Positions 46,029 to 57,749 are shown, counted from the whole stretch's first letter. The stretch: DNA of 63,897 bases, filler included, from Trichomonas gallinae (GCA_008369845.1; 9 parts of 9 records of this genome joined end to end with filler, not necessarily neighbours in it); one strand, 5' to 3'. Translations and numbers: made by a program. Notes: a model not told the origin generated them from the letters alone.

Positions 46029-47639
46029 ATGGATATAAAAAACAAGAAATCGGGTAAGCCATTTGGTTTCGTTGAATTAGAAGTCAAAAAGAAAGAGAAT
46101 TTCATCAAATCAAGCGCAGATGATGACCAGTTAAAGTATATTCACGATCTTTATACAGTAGATAAAGAAAGAGGAATGAGAAACTTCACAGATACAAGAT
46201 CCTTAAATTGGAGCTGGAAAGAGGACACATTTCAGCGTTTTCGCGATAAAATTGGCGGAAAAAATCTAAAAATTATAGATCCTGACGAACAGAAGACAAA
46301 ATACGACGAATTTGAAAGACCATCGAATAGACCAAAGAAAGCAAAGCAAATGAAAACAAATGAAATGACACCAAGAGAAATTAGACTTTGGAGAAACGAC
46401 AATCAAGTAGTTTACCGCGCAAAGATGAAAATAACAACTCCACCTATGAAGGAATGGGCAGCACCACTCCAACCCGCTCTAATCAAATCGCTTAAAAATT
46501 TAGATTTCCAAAAGCCTCTGATCATTCAGGCAGCTACAATACCGTGTTCTATTGCTGGATACGATATAATAGGCCTGTCTCAACCAGGTACAGGCAAAAC
46601 TTTAGCTTACGTCATTCCATTATTATATTATGTCTATAATTCTATTGAAAATGGGAATTTGGAGAACACATTTGCAACACCGCTAGCTATAGTACTTGTT
46701 CCAACACATGAACTTGCTGTGCAAGTCCAAGATGTAATAAATCGAATTGGATCTGATCTAGGAATCAAAGCACGCACATTAACGGGCAACTTCCGCCTCA
46801 CAGACCAAGCACTTGAGCTTTCCCGCTTGAATCACGTAATTGTAGCTACTCCTGGTAGACTTAACGACGCAATTAGTTCGCATTTAATTACTTTACACAA
46901 AGTTTTCTATGTTGTCATGGATGAGTGCGATAAAATGGTTGATAAATCCCTTGGCCCGCAGATTTCGTCTGTTCTGTCCAATTGTCCACCTCAAAAACGC
47001 TTGATGATGTTTTCAGCAACAATGCCTCACGAAGTTTTATCTATTGTCGAAGATTTCTTCAAAGACTTCATCACTATATCTGTCGGTGACATAGGTGGTG
47101 CTAGTGAGAACATCAAGCAAGTCGTGAACTACTGCAGGAAAGAAAATAAAATCGATTTGTGCTTGGAGATGATGCGAAACATGAAGCCTCCTATCATCGT
47201 TTTCGTAAACAGTAGGGATGTTTGCGAGAAGGCTGCAAGCACAATCCACTCATCTGGCTTCCGCTGCGCGATGATCCACGGTGGCAAATCACAGAAAGAA
47301 AGAGACCAAGTCGTAGAAGCAATCCAGAACAATTTGTTCGATGTTCTCGTCGCCACTGACGTCATCTCTCGCGGTATTGACATCCCCGACGTCATGAATA
47401 TCGTCAACCTTGAGATGCCACGAAACATCCACACATATGTCCACAGGATTGGCAGGACAGGGAGAAACGGTAAGGAAGGTACTGCTACTAGCTTCATCAC
47501 AAAAGAAGACAAGGAGATTATGTACGACCTTGCATCCATGCTTCGTCGAGGTAATTTCCATATCCCAGATGCTATGCTTAAAGACCCTTCATGCCAACAC
47601 AGAGTTGAAGCCGAAGAGAATGAAAAGTTCGAACAATAA
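46029..47639 (+). CDS. PRP28: DEAD-box RNA helicase, Prp28/DDX23-like (motif II DECD)
   Basis: Q motif, PGTGKT, PTHEL, TPGRL, DECD, SAT, SRGID, HRIGRTGR. N-terminal NEMTPREIRLWRND resembles Prp28 EMTERDWRIFRED, and EDKEIMYDL resembles its C-terminus. Confidence 0.8.
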   Translation: MDIKNKKSGKPFGFVELEVKKKENFIKSSADDDQLKYIHDLYTVDKERGMRNFTDTRSLNWSWKEDTFQRFRDKIGGKNLKIIDPDEQKTKYDEFERPSNRPKKAKQMKTNEMTPREIRLWRNDNQVVYRAKMKITTPPMKEWAAPLQPALIKSLKNLDFQKPLIIQAATIPCSIAGYDIIGLSQPGTGKTLAYVIPLLYYVYNSIENGNLENTFATPLAIVLVPTHELAVQVQDVINRIGSDLGIKARTLTGNFRLTDQALELSRLNHVIVATPGRLNDAISSHLITLHKVFYVVMDECDKMVDKSLGPQISSVLSNCPPQKRLMMFSATMPHEVLSIVEDFFKDFITISVGDIGGASENIKQVVNYCRKENKIDLCLEMMRNMKPPIIVFVNSRDVCEKAASTIHSSGFRCAMIHGGKSQKERDQVVEAIQNNLFDVLVATDVISRGIDIPDVMNIVNLEMPRNIHTYVHRIGRTGRNGKEGTATSFITKEDKEIMYDLASMLRRGNFHIPDAMLKDPSCQHRVEAEENEKFEQ

Positions 47640-47805
47640 TTTTAATTTTGTTAATAAATATTAGATATTTGTATATATAACATCAATATATAATTTTTCA
47701 AATATATGAATGAAATTATTCTGAACGAATTTGAAAATGCGAAGTCGACTATAAAATGTTTTGATAAATAATAAACCTGTATGAAATTTTGTCAGCAATG
47801 ATCCA

Positions 47806-48031
47806 AACTCAAATTCCACGTATTTATAGGTAGAAAATCAATAATTCATGTTAAATATTCAGTTTTGTTATCACATCAAAATTTTGAAAATAATTTGAAG
47901 CTCAAAAGCATGAAGTTATGAATATAATTTTTTTAACATGATGTTGTAATTGCATGAACTCGAATTCCACACTTTTATATGTAGACAAATCAATATTTCT
48001 TGTTAAAATTCGATTTTGTTACCACATCAAA
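47806..48031. repeat. Degenerate direct duplication (~75 bp, offset 151)
   Basis: AACTCRAATTCCAC..TTTATA.GTAGA.AA(A)TCAATA..TC.TGTTAAA...TTTTGTTA.CACATCAAA at 47806-47880 and 47957-48031. Confidence 0.75.
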
Positions 48032-48054
48032 TTATGATAACTCCAAGGCAGAAT

Positions 48055-48768
48055 ATGTCCACTATTGATTTCAAAGTAGGAAGCATCAAAAATATATACA
48101 TACCTGATGCCTTGCATCATCTAGTTGAAGCTTCTCGCTGCATTTGGGCCATAGATTCAGAAACTTTTGAATCAACCATCATTTACTGTGAATAACTCAT
48201 TGAAAATAGAGTTGTATCAGCTGAATTCATCTTAAGAAACATTGACAATGCAGCAGGTCATCTCCAAAAGAAAATAATTGAACTGTACAAAGAGATTTCA
48301 ATGTTTTCCGACATTAATCTGAAGCCAATATCGAAAAATCTCGATTATATAACCTCAGCAGAAAATCAAAATGATATACAAGCGTTTGATGTAATTTCCA
48401 CAATATATCCAAAAGATTCGGCTACTTACTATGCCGCAAATGATTAACTTGAAGATTTTGTGAGCATTTCAGCCACAGAAATCATTAATTTCTCAATGAT
48501 ATACACAAATTCGCGTATTGCACTTCGCAATAAGATAACCTTGCTTGATGTTGCATGTAAGTTCGGATCTGAAAATTGTTTCAACTACTTAAAGTTAAAA
48601 GGATGCAGTACATCTAATCAAACAACAAAATACGCGATCGAAGGAGGAAATATTGCAATAATTAACATTCTCTTTGAGGAATGATGCAATTTTGAAAGTG
48701 AATTGCCTACAGACATAGAGTTTCATCATAATGGTGTTGTTGATTGGATAATCAGTATAATGATTTAA
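48055..48768 (+). pseudogene. DUF3447/ankyrin-family pseudogene with three in-frame stops
   Basis: One frame from ATG 48055 with stops at 48193 (TAA), 48445 (TAA) and 48682 (TGA). Motifs TLLDVACKFGSENCFNYL, YAIEGGNIAII, IEFHHNGVVDWI. Confidence 0.8.
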
Positions 48769-48780
48769 TAAACATTTCTT

Positions 48781-50499
48781 TTAATGATGATGTCTGTGAT
48801 GACTCTTATGGTGATAATGATGTCTATGTTTACTTCTTCTGCGTGATGATTCTTTTTCAGATCCTGACTCTGATTTGTCTGAAAAGTCTTCCTGGGACTC
48901 CGGTTCATTTTCTGCTTCATCTTCACTTTCAGTATTTGGTATTACAACACTAAGAATAGGTTGATTGATTATAGTTGCAATTTTTGCATTGACATACTCT
49001 ACTAGAAAATCTAGGTTGATGGCTCCAAAAAACTGTGATACATCAGTTGCATGTTCTAATGTATCAGTAAGAAATATTCCGGAGACTACTGCTTCAATTT
49101 CTGGTTCTTTTAATTTTTTCATCAACCATGATCGATTATCTGCGAGTTTTTCCATTAAAAAGCGTATAAACAATCTTTGTTCTGTATTGGTCTCTTCCCG
49201 GCTCAATCTTATTATTGATAAAGTGTTCCAATTAATAGTGTCGTTTTGGAGTAGATAAGCTAACAAATATGTTATATTGATTATTTGAGAAGACTTATAT
49301 TTATTACAGTTTGAATAAATTTTAATAAAGTACTCCTCAGTTTGTTCAACTAAATCATTTCGATTTGAAAGCAAGAAAAGAACAATGTTACCGAGATTTC
49401 TATCGAATCTTTGTGAGTGACCAATATATTCTATCAATGTTTCAATCATTATACTTTTGTGCTTATTCAAACTTACTTTCAATTCGAAATTATTTGATTT
49501 AGAGAAACCTTTTTCTTCATCTATCAATATCTTGATTAATTTGTGCGCTGCTTCACTTGCAGTAGCTGTTGATACAATTGTTAAATATATCATTTTCTGG
49601 AATTCTTTATCTGATTTAACTTTAATAAATTCTTCGATTTCTGTTTCTTTTTCAGATTCTGTATTATCTTCAATAGTATCTATTTCAATTGTTTGACGAG
49701 TATCTGAATAAATATTATCTGAGCCTAGAATAGCTGCTATTATGCTGGTGTGTTTGTCGTATAATTTATCAAAATTTTCGAAATCATATCCATCGATTAA
49801 TTGCTCTGTTGGATCTTCTGTAATGTTTTCTATCATAAGATCATCAATTGTATTTTCATAGTTAGGAAGAACGTCGAATTTAAATGGAATTCTTCGAGAT
49901 TTATCTTTCCAATTTTGCGATCTACGAAAAGTGAGATTTTGAATTTCTTTATCATAACTAGGGCCTGCTAGCCTTACAATTTCTGTAAATAATTGAGTAA
50001 ATTCAACTGAATTATCTTCTTCCATTGAATGACCGCAAATATCTATTAGCTCTAATACCAAACTCATGTGAGCAATCTTTTTATCAAGCAATTTTAGGAG
50101 TAAAGACATGAAAACATCAAATGAGATAATTTGGAACCTATAAATCGATGAAAATATGAATGATACTGTTCTTATTAATTTTATATCATTATTTTTCATT
50201 GCATTGTTAAATACAAATGACAAATATGACAGTACTTTGTGAGAGACTTCAATTTGGACCGAATTTATAATTGCTAGTAATGATGCTGCGATCATTGAGT
50301 TTTCACTGTCTAATGATGCAAATTCAAGATACTTTCTTGATAGAAATGGCCATGTCCAAAGCAAATATGATCTAATTAGAGTTTTAGAATGCTGAATTAT
50401 ATCCTCTGAACTAGTGATTTTTGATTTAGGATCGAATACATTTGAAATATTCTGTCTATATAAATTCCATCTCATTTTACTTCGTTCTTTAGCTTCCAT
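48781..50499 (-). CDS. CWC22: Pre-mRNA splicing factor CWC22 (MIF4G + MA3)
   Basis: QKMIYLTIVSTATASEAAHKLIK, IRLSREETNTEQRLFIRFLMEKL and FFGAINL match CWC22 MA3-region motifs; S/R/H-rich tail. First ATG at 50499. Confidence 0.85.
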   Translation of the reverse strand: MEAKERSKMRWNLYRQNISNVFDPKSKITSSEDIIQHSKTLIRSYLLWTWPFLSRKYLEFASLDSENSMIAASLLAIINSVQIEVSHKVLSYLSFVFNNAMKNNDIKLIRTVSFIFSSIYRFQIISFDVFMSLLLKLLDKKIAHMSLVLELIDICGHSMEEDNSVEFTQLFTEIVRLAGPSYDKEIQNLTFRRSQNWKDKSRRIPFKFDVLPNYENTIDDLMIENITEDPTEQLIDGYDFENFDKLYDKHTSIIAAILGSDNIYSDTRQTIEIDTIEDNTESEKETEIEEFIKVKSDKEFQKMIYLTIVSTATASEAAHKLIKILIDEEKGFSKSNNFELKVSLNKHKSIMIETLIEYIGHSQRFDRNLGNIVLFLLSNRNDLVEQTEEYFIKIYSNCNKYKSSQIINITYLLAYLLQNDTINWNTLSIIRLSREETNTEQRLFIRFLMEKLADNRSWLMKKLKEPEIEAVVSGIFLTDTLEHATDVSQFFGAINLDFLVEYVNAKIATIINQPILSVVIPNTESEDEAENEPESQEDFSDKSESGSEKESSRRRSKHRHHYHHKSHHRHHH

Positions 50500-51493
50500 T
50501 GATTTTTTTGACAAAATTAATTCCTAGGTTCGATAGATACATTTTTTAACACTTTAATGATCTATGGACTTTTAATTTTGAACTTTCGCTTTTAAAAATG
50601 AAAAAGAACAATTATTTCATATCAGATTTTTCAAGCTATTAATTTAACATCTGCAATAAACTTCAAACACTTTTAAAAATCTATTTGACGTTTATTTGAA
50701 GCTCAACAGCATTGGATTTGGCTTGAGGAAACATGAAGCTATGATTATAATTTTACATGACATATTGTCATATTTAGCAGAAATTTGTATTATTTATATG
50801 TCAATGTATGCTTCTTATTATCAAAATTTTAATAAACTCGATTTTCTTGACGTTTTTATCCCAACATTGTTTAAAATAGTCAGCAAATGTCGAAATATTT
50901 TCTAGATTATAATATTTGAATATTTGACATTTTACATGTCAGCTTTCATCGACCATCACTTTTCCGTACAAAATTGTTACTTGACAATCTGACATTTCAT
51001 TATTTACAATGGCGAAATTTTAAATCGCATTAAAATGCACATTATCGATTAAACAATCATTTACCAATTGTTGTGATCTTTTCGCGGTTTCATTCAATTT
51101 TGAATTCACATTGAAAAGAATAACAACTATTTCAAAATGTATTTACACTTTATGCGGTTTTGAGCTTCTCTCAAATCGCAAAAGTGTCAAACATTTTGCT
51201 AAAATATTGGTTTTAATTTTTTTGACAATATTAATTTACAATGGCGGAATTTCCGAACAAAAGCCAAAACCGCGCAAATACGATCGATCAGCTCTGATGT
51301 CTACATATTTAAGATATCCAAAGATATATTATCTTATAAGGAATAAAAATGAGGGGCAGATTTACAAAATTAGTGGTCGAGTCACAAAAACTAATTTAAT
51401 GGCAAAATAACACCAACATATTGGCTAGAACAAGTTTTCTGATTGATTTCGAAATTGAAAGAAAGATTGGCCATGCACACTTTTTATTTTAAG

Positions 51494-53290
51494 ATGTCTG
51501 AGCAGGATAAGCGTAAGGCACCACAAGTCCCAGAGGGCTACACCCTTGACGACCAGGGCGTATACCATGATGCCGAAGGAAACGTTGTCTCCAAGAGCCA
51601 AATCAAGACAATCCTTAAACTCCAGGCAAAGGCTGCCCGCAATGCTAACAAGCCAGCTCCAGCTGCTAAGAAGGAGGCTGCCGCTGCTAACCCAGAGTAC
51701 GAGGGTCTCTCTGAGGAAGAAATCGAAAAGAGAGAAGCCGCTCACTACCACGATCGCCGCCTCGCTGAGGTTACAAAGCTCGTTGATGCTCACAGGAAGG
51801 ATCTCTCTCTTCCATCCCCATACCCACACAAGTTCAACGTTACTCACACATTAAAGGAGTTCGATGCCCAGTTCGGACACCTTAAGTCTGGTGAGGAACT
51901 CCCAGACACAAAGGTTTCCGTTGCCAGCCGTATTGCTCAGCTCCGCGCTCACGGTAACCTTTACTTCTTTGAGTTTTACGAGTCAACATACAAGCTCCAG
52001 CTCATGTGCCGCGCCCAGAGCTACTACGACGCCGCTAAGTTCAAGGAGGACGTCCAGAGCTACCACCTTGGCGACATTGTCGGTGCTGAGGGCTTCCCAG
52101 CCAGATCTAAGACAGGCGAACTTTCCATTGTTGTCACAAAGCTCGTCCTCCTCGCTCCATGCCTCTTCCAGATGCCAAAGCACAAGCTCGAGGACCAGGA
52201 AGTTCGCTACCGCCAGAGATTCTTCGATCTCATCGTCAACCGTGAGAACCGCCAGATCTTCGAAGTCCGCTCCAAGGTCGTTCGCATGATCCGTAAGTTC
52301 CTCGACGATCTCGATTTCACAGAAGTCGAAACACCAATCATGTGGAAGACAGCTGGTGGTGCTACAGCTAAGCCATTCATCACACACCACAACGCTCTCG
52401 ACATCGACCTTTGGCTCCGTGTCGCTCCAGAGCTCTTCCTCAAGATGCTTGTCGTCGGTGGCATGAACAGAGTTTACGAACTCGGCAAGCAGTTCAGAAA
52501 CGAAGGTATCGATCTTACACACAACCCAGAATTCACATCCTGCGAGTTCTACATGGCCTACGCGGACTACAACGATCTCATGGATCTCACAGAGAAGCTC
52601 TACCAGCAGATCGTCATGGAGATCAAGGGCACACTCAAGTTCCCAATCAAGGTCCAGAAGGAGGACGGCACAATCTACGAGCAGGAGATCGACTTCTCAT
52701 CCCCATGGCAGCGCATCGACATGATCGCTGAGCTCGAAAAGAAGATCAACTTCAAGTTCCCACCACTCGAGGACACAGACGAGGTCAGAGAGCTCTTAGT
52801 CCAGAAGTGCAAGGAGCTCGATGTCGAGTGCCCACCACCAATGACAGTCTCCAGAATGCTTGACAAGATGGTCGGCAAGTTCGTCGAGCCAATGTGCGTC
52901 AACCCAACATTCATGACAAACCACCCACAGGTCATGTCTCCACTCGCCAAGTGGCACCGCACAAAGCCAGGCATCGTCGAGCGTTTCGAGGTCTTCATCA
53001 ACGGCCTCGAGTATGCCAACGCTTACACAGAGCTCAACTGCCCAATGGTCCAGCGTGAATTATTCCTTGAGCAGCTCAAGGCTAAGGCCGCTAAGGATGA
53101 TGAAGCTATGCCATACGATGATACATTCTGCACAGCCCTTGAATACGGTCTTCCACCAACAGCTGGCTGGGGCTGCGGCGTCGACAGACTCGTCATGCTT
53201 CTCACAAACCAGACATCAATCCGCGAAGTTCTCCTCTTCCCACTCATGAAGCCAGCTGCCGGTGAGACAGTCCTCGTTGAGAACCAGTAG
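51494..53290 (+). CDS. KARS: Lysyl-tRNA synthetase, class II, cytosolic
   Basis: PYPHKF, OB-fold, [70 protein letters not shown] at 51494. Confidence 0.98.
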   Translation: MSEQDKRKAPQVPEGYTLDDQGVYHDAEGNVVSKSQIKTILKLQAKAARNANKPAPAAKKEAAAANPEYEGLSEEEIEKREAAHYHDRRLAEVTKLVDAHRKDLSLPSPYPHKFNVTHTLKEFDAQFGHLKSGEELPDTKVSVASRIAQLRAHGNLYFFEFYESTYKLQLMCRAQSYYDAAKFKEDVQSYHLGDIVGAEGFPARSKTGELSIVVTKLVLLAPCLFQMPKHKLEDQEVRYRQRFFDLIVNRENRQIFEVRSKVVRMIRKFLDDLDFTEVETPIMWKTAGGATAKPFITHHNALDIDLWLRVAPELFLKMLVVGGMNRVYELGKQFRNEGIDLTHNPEFTSCEFYMAYADYNDLMDLTEKLYQQIVMEIKGTLKFPIKVQKEDGTIYEQEIDFSSPWQRIDMIAELEKKINFKFPPLEDTDEVRELLVQKCKELDVECPPPMTVSRMLDKMVGKFVEPMCVNPTFMTNHPQVMSPLAKWHRTKPGIVERFEVFINGLEYANAYTELNCPMVQRELFLEQLKAKAAKDDEAMPYDDTFCTALEYGLPPTAGWGCGVDRLVMLLTNQTSIREVLLFPLMKPAAGETVLVENQ

Positions 53291-53469
53291 AAATACAAAT
53301 AAATTTTGATTCCGAAATTATTATTTATATTGTCTTATCTATCATTCAAAATATTTTGCTGCAAATCTTAAGTTTGTCCAAATCATTTCTAACTGTTGAT
53401 ATAACCGTCGGGATAAAGAGCAACCAACAGTATAAATTCAATTTTTCTGGCCGTAAAAATGGCATAGGC

Positions 53470-53569
53470 NNNNNNNNNNNNNNNNNNNNNNNNNNNNNNN
53501 NNNNNNNNNNNNNTTAATTAATTAANNNNNNNNNNNNNNNNNNNNNNNNNNNNNNNNNNNNNNNNNNNN
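53470..53569. other. Artificial contig linker
   Basis: 44N-TTAATTAATTAA-44N. Confidence 0.97.
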
Positions 53570-55203
53570 CTTTGAGATGGGATGAACGCATCTGTTAAAG
53601 TGAAATATGTTGTAACAGTTATTCCAAATGATGTGGCAGTCGGACTGAAGGAAAGAGTACTCGATGCGCCACCAGCCTGATATGTGTATGTTCGAGTTTC
53701 TGATAATAGCGGATTGAGGGTTGGCTTGGGAGTTTCTGCGGTTGGTTCTGGCGTTGGTGTAGGGTGTGGAGTTGTTTTAGGTGTACTGGATGGTGTGCTA
53801 GATGGTGTGCTAGATGGTGTCTTTGATGGTGTGCTTGATGGTGTGCTAGATGGTGTGCTAGATGGTGTATCCCTAGGTGTGCGGGCGACAGAGTATGTAT
53901 GAGTTATAGTCCAGATATTCTTAGATGTTGGATATGTAACATATGACTTTGTTGTAGCATATGGGAGACGTGTGATCGGAGTTGCGACGTATATGTACGG
54001 TGTTGGAGCTGGAACGGACGACGTTGAAGTAACTTTGTCGTTTTTAGGTATCCAGTTGAAATTGGTCGTGCCTGTTGCATAAGCACTGTTATCAGCAGTC
54101 ATAGTATCGAAACAATCTCCCTTATTGATTTTGTTAAATTGTTTCGTATCATATATTCCTTTGCGGAAATTTTTGGGATCACCAAGGAAAACAGCTGAAA
54201 TCTTTTCATCTCTATAATAATCGGTCATTGATTGCCAGTAAACATAACCTTTCTGCGAGGCTTCTATCATTATATCATTGCCTATGACATTTCCGTTATC
54301 ATTATCATATTCAAGGACCTTTTGTACACCCTTGTACATTTGATTCTTTGCAAAACAGTTTTCTTGGGTAATTAGGTTGTGCTCACGTAAAGTGGAAATA
54401 AAAGAAATGCCACCACAGCCACGTCCACGGAATCTTGGGGCGATGTTTTGATCTATTGAATCAAACTGAGTATCCGAACGAGCACGATCGGGATTATTTC
54501 CTGCCATATTCTGATAAATTTTATTCATGTATAGCTTAGCGTCAGTATTAACGATGTATAGAGCACCACCTTGGTCAAAGGCTTCATTTTGTTGGAAAAA
54601 GAGTTTTTCTAAATATGCATCGGTATCTGATATGATTGCAATAGCACCACCTGTTTGGCGAGCTATATTATTTTTAAATGCGTACCTAAATGCTTGGAAT
54701 TTAAGAAAAACATCGGAACTTTTGTCTTTTGGAATGGCTTGGTAATAGATAGCACCGCCATATGTATATGCAATGTTATTGATAAAGCTGTTTGATGAAT
54801 CACTGGTATCAATGAAGAGGTTTGATGCGATCGATCCAATAGCACCACCAGTAGTTGCTTTGTTACCACTAAAGTGAGCTTCTTTTACTACTGCTTGGCT
54901 TACTGAAATGAAAATGGCACCGCCTGTGCCAACTGCGAGGCCGGAACCAAATGCATAGTTATTTAAATATCGGCTATTCGTAATTGTTACTGAACATGCA
55001 AAAAATTCACGCTGTGTGCGGTTTTTACCGTCGGGATGCTCATTATTTAGAGTGGTGTCAACATTGAAGCGTCCTTCGATATCAGCAATTCCTTCTTCAG
55101 ATGGGAGAAATCTGAATGAGGGTGGGTCTTCAGCTTCAAGGCGTTGAACATCTTGAATGTTTTTTTGCTGTGTTGAAGCGCTAAAAATTAAAAAAGATAA
55201 CAT
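53570..55203 (-). CDS. Polymorphic membrane protein (Pmp)-like surface protein, 3'-partial
   Basis: Signal peptide; repeated FxxN...GGA(I/L) motifs (FSGN..TGGAIG, FINN..YGGAIY, FKNN..TGGAIA, FQQN..QGGALY); P/T/S stalk; runs into the linker. Confidence 0.88.
53785..53868. repeat. 12-nt coding minisatellite (GATGGTGTGCTA)n encoding TPSS repeats
   Basis: About 7 near-identical units inside the Pmp-like stalk. Confidence 0.9.
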
Positions 55204-55869
55204 TATTTTTTGTCAGTTTTTTGTCAAAACCGGCAACAACCATAAGAAAAAAATATATACATGTATATGTGCATATTTTCGATAAGAAAAAATTGAATAG
55301 AATTTTAAAAAATTATGTATGTAAGATATTTATAAATTTTGGATATAATTTTAACGATGTAAAAAAATTCTGAAAATCAAATTGAATGCTTCTTCGGATT
55401 TAAAATAATATCATTACAAAACATATAATAATAATTTTAGAATGCCTGTGATTTTTGCACGCCTGTAAAAATCATTTTTTGTCGTAATAATTGACATTAT
55501 TATAATCCATTAAAATACATTTTCATTATATTTCACAAATTTTTGTGTGCTTTCAAAATAAAAACTATTATAAATATAAACAGATATTGTTGCTAAACAT
55601 GATCGATAAAAAGATGGTTGGGTAAACGTTTATCGATTTTTACAGCGTTATCTGCTTTAATGCACAAATGTGTTATCAGTATATGAAATCTAGATTATAT
55701 CCGGATTTTAAAGTCAGAATTCTCTAATTTTTTGTTTTTATTTGTGGGTTTTCTTGCTTGAAAAAAAATGATGCAGCCGAATGATAATGTTTTATTTGTG
55801 GGTTTTATTGACTTTCATATTCACATCCACTGCAAAAATACTAGAAAAATATTAATATATTCAAACAGT

Positions 55870-56688
55870 TTAATTTTGATCATCAGGGAACGTTTCAAGC
55901 TGCAATATATCGGAGTTTGTCCTTGGAAATGACTTTCGGCCATATCTATTTCCACCATCATTACCAAGCCAAAATCTCGTATGTGCCATTTGATCATAAC
56001 GCTTGTAATCAAGCGTGTCCATTGGCGGTGGTTTCTTTTCTGGTAGAGACACTCCATTTGCTTTTGCTAAAAATTTAGTAAAAGAATTCTCTTTTTCAAG
56101 TTGCTCACGATATTTATTTCCTGGATCATGCAAGCCCTTGACTGAATATCTGAGTAACTCTATATGTGGTGGATCTCTATTCGAATTTACAGGTATTGGG
56201 TGCTTTGTAATTTCATCAATATTACGATGTTTTGCTTCTAAATATTTCTCGTAGTTTTCTTTTTCAAGTGTTTGACTAATTCGCCTCTGTAAAGGTATAG
56301 CATAATGCTCTTCATAATCATTCGAATAAACATAGCTTTTAATTTTATGAGCTTGGTCGTACATTGCAAGTTTTTCGTTTAATTTCTCAGAAAGAATCTT
56401 CCCTGCCTCAATTTTATCCTCCAAAGAGTTTCTTTGAAATTTTCTTGGCGATACTTTGAGTAAATCATCTCTTGTTGCACGGACGAACTCCTGAGAAACG
56501 CTAACTTTGGCACCACGTTCTGGTGCAAAGCGAGGATTAACTTTTGGCTGAAGATCTGGCTCTGTAATCAAGAGTTTCGGTGGTAAATCGCGAGCTGAGA
56601 ATACTTTAGGCGTAGGTCCAACTAGTAATGTGTTAATCTCAGGTATTTCACTATGCTGAATTATAGTATTATTATTTTCATTCTCCAT
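55870..56688 (-). CDS. Hypothetical protein, weak FAM228-like resemblance (272 aa)
   Basis: Clear ORF from ATG 56688. YEEHYAIPLQRRI and YSVKGLHDPGNK recall FAM228 motifs (from memory, unverified). Confidence 0.7.
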   Translation of the reverse strand: MENENNNTIIQHSEIPEINTLLVGPTPKVFSARDLPPKLLITEPDLQPKVNPRFAPERGAKVSVSQEFVRATRDDLLKVSPRKFQRNSLEDKIEAGKILSEKLNEKLAMYDQAHKIKSYVYSNDYEEHYAIPLQRRISQTLEKENYEKYLEAKHRNIDEITKHPIPVNSNRDPPHIELLRYSVKGLHDPGNKYREQLEKENSFTKFLAKANGVSLPEKKPPPMDTLDYKRYDQMAHTRFWLGNDGGNRYGRKSFPRTNSDILQLETFPDDQN

Positions 56689-57164
56689 TAGACACACTAA
56701 AAAAAAAAATTACTTACGTTAGTATTTTTCTATTTTCATGAATGTAAGACAATGATTTTAAGCTATGCCGACCTAGATAATCACTATAAAACATGATTTA
56801 ACTTGAGTTCAAATAAGAAACAATCTATTTTAGCTAACATTAATATTTGGAAAGATATATTGATCAATGGGATTGTTGAGAATCAAGAATTATGATGATG
56901 TTTGGGTGTGATAGATTTCTTCTATGTGCTTAGGCGATATTTAAATCAAAAAAAAAATTTCAGATTAAATAATCATTTATTTTAAATAATTGTAAAAAAT
57001 ATATTCTGCTTGATTAGCTGAGCAGATTAATGATATAAAAAATGGAATTTTTTTTTGACAAAAAAAAATCAATAAAGCAGATAAATATTGACATAGAATG
57101 TTTAAAAAAAAAACTGTTTTAGAAAAAATTGAAAAAAAAATAGAAAAGTGACAAAATCTTGTTT

Positions 57165-57491
57165 ATGGAAAATAAAGCAACAAACAACTCTAATAATGAT
57201 AGTAGTTTCGACTACCAGCAATCTCCTGCATGGAAGTTATTGGTCAGCACATTCAATCAACCAGATTTTGATAGAAACGAATTAGAGCACATTGCGATTT
57301 TGTTTGAGCAAAAGTATAAGCATCAGCGCGATAGAAATGCTAAACGATCTAAACCTTTTGCCGTTCTTTTTTTCCAAAACCATTACGAAGATTTACAAGA
57401 TTTTTGCAAACACATATTTTACGAAAAGAAAAATGGTGAAAAAGGAGGTCCTGCATTTGAAGAATCTAAGAATTTACAAAGCAATCCTTAA
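57165..57491 (+). CDS. Small helical protein of a trichomonad-expanded family (108 aa)
   Basis: SPAWKLL..F...ELEHIA......DRNAKRSK...LFFQNHY pattern; AAAGTGAC motif at 57145-57152 upstream. Confidence 0.7.
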   Translation: MENKATNNSNNDSSFDYQQSPAWKLLVSTFNQPDFDRNELEHIAILFEQKYKHQRDRNAKRSKPFAVLFFQNHYEDLQDFCKHIFYEKKNGEKGGPAFEESKNLQSNP

Positions 57492-57583
57492 ATCATGAAT
57501 CAAAAATCTTATTTCATTTTTAATACGTGTTAATTAGAAAACTTGTTTGGAAAATATTGAACTCTGATGGTAAGGATGTCGCA

Positions 57584-57647
57584 AGGTAACCCACCCACCT
57601 GTTTTGCGATACCCCAGGGGGAAAAGTGGGTTACCAGTGGGTTACCT
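57584..57647. repeat. GC-rich inverted and tandem repeat at contig end (possible mobile-element terminus)
   Basis: AGGTAACCCAC (57584-57594) is the reverse complement of GTGGGTTACCT (57637-57647). AGTGGGTTACC is tandemly duplicated (57625-57646). Confidence 0.6.
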
Positions 57648-57649
57648 GT

Positions 57650-57749
57650 NNNNNNNNNNNNNNNNNNNNNNNNNNNNNNNNNNNNNNNNNNNNTTAATTA
57701 ATTAANNNNNNNNNNNNNNNNNNNNNNNNNNNNNNNNNNNNNNNNNNNN
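57650..57749. other. Artificial contig linker
   Basis: 44N-TTAATTAATTAA-44N. Confidence 0.97.

Noticed and set aside
48055..48768. Stop-codon reassignment or readthrough
   Set aside because: Intact genes here end normally in TAA, TAG or TGA and have no internal stops; mixed TAA and TGA lesions fit pseudogenisation.
56696..56717. GTAAGT...T-run...AG mini-intron on the minus strand
   Set aside because: No branch-point motif inside it, the upstream ATG frame stops before it, and the ATG at 56688 explains the gene.
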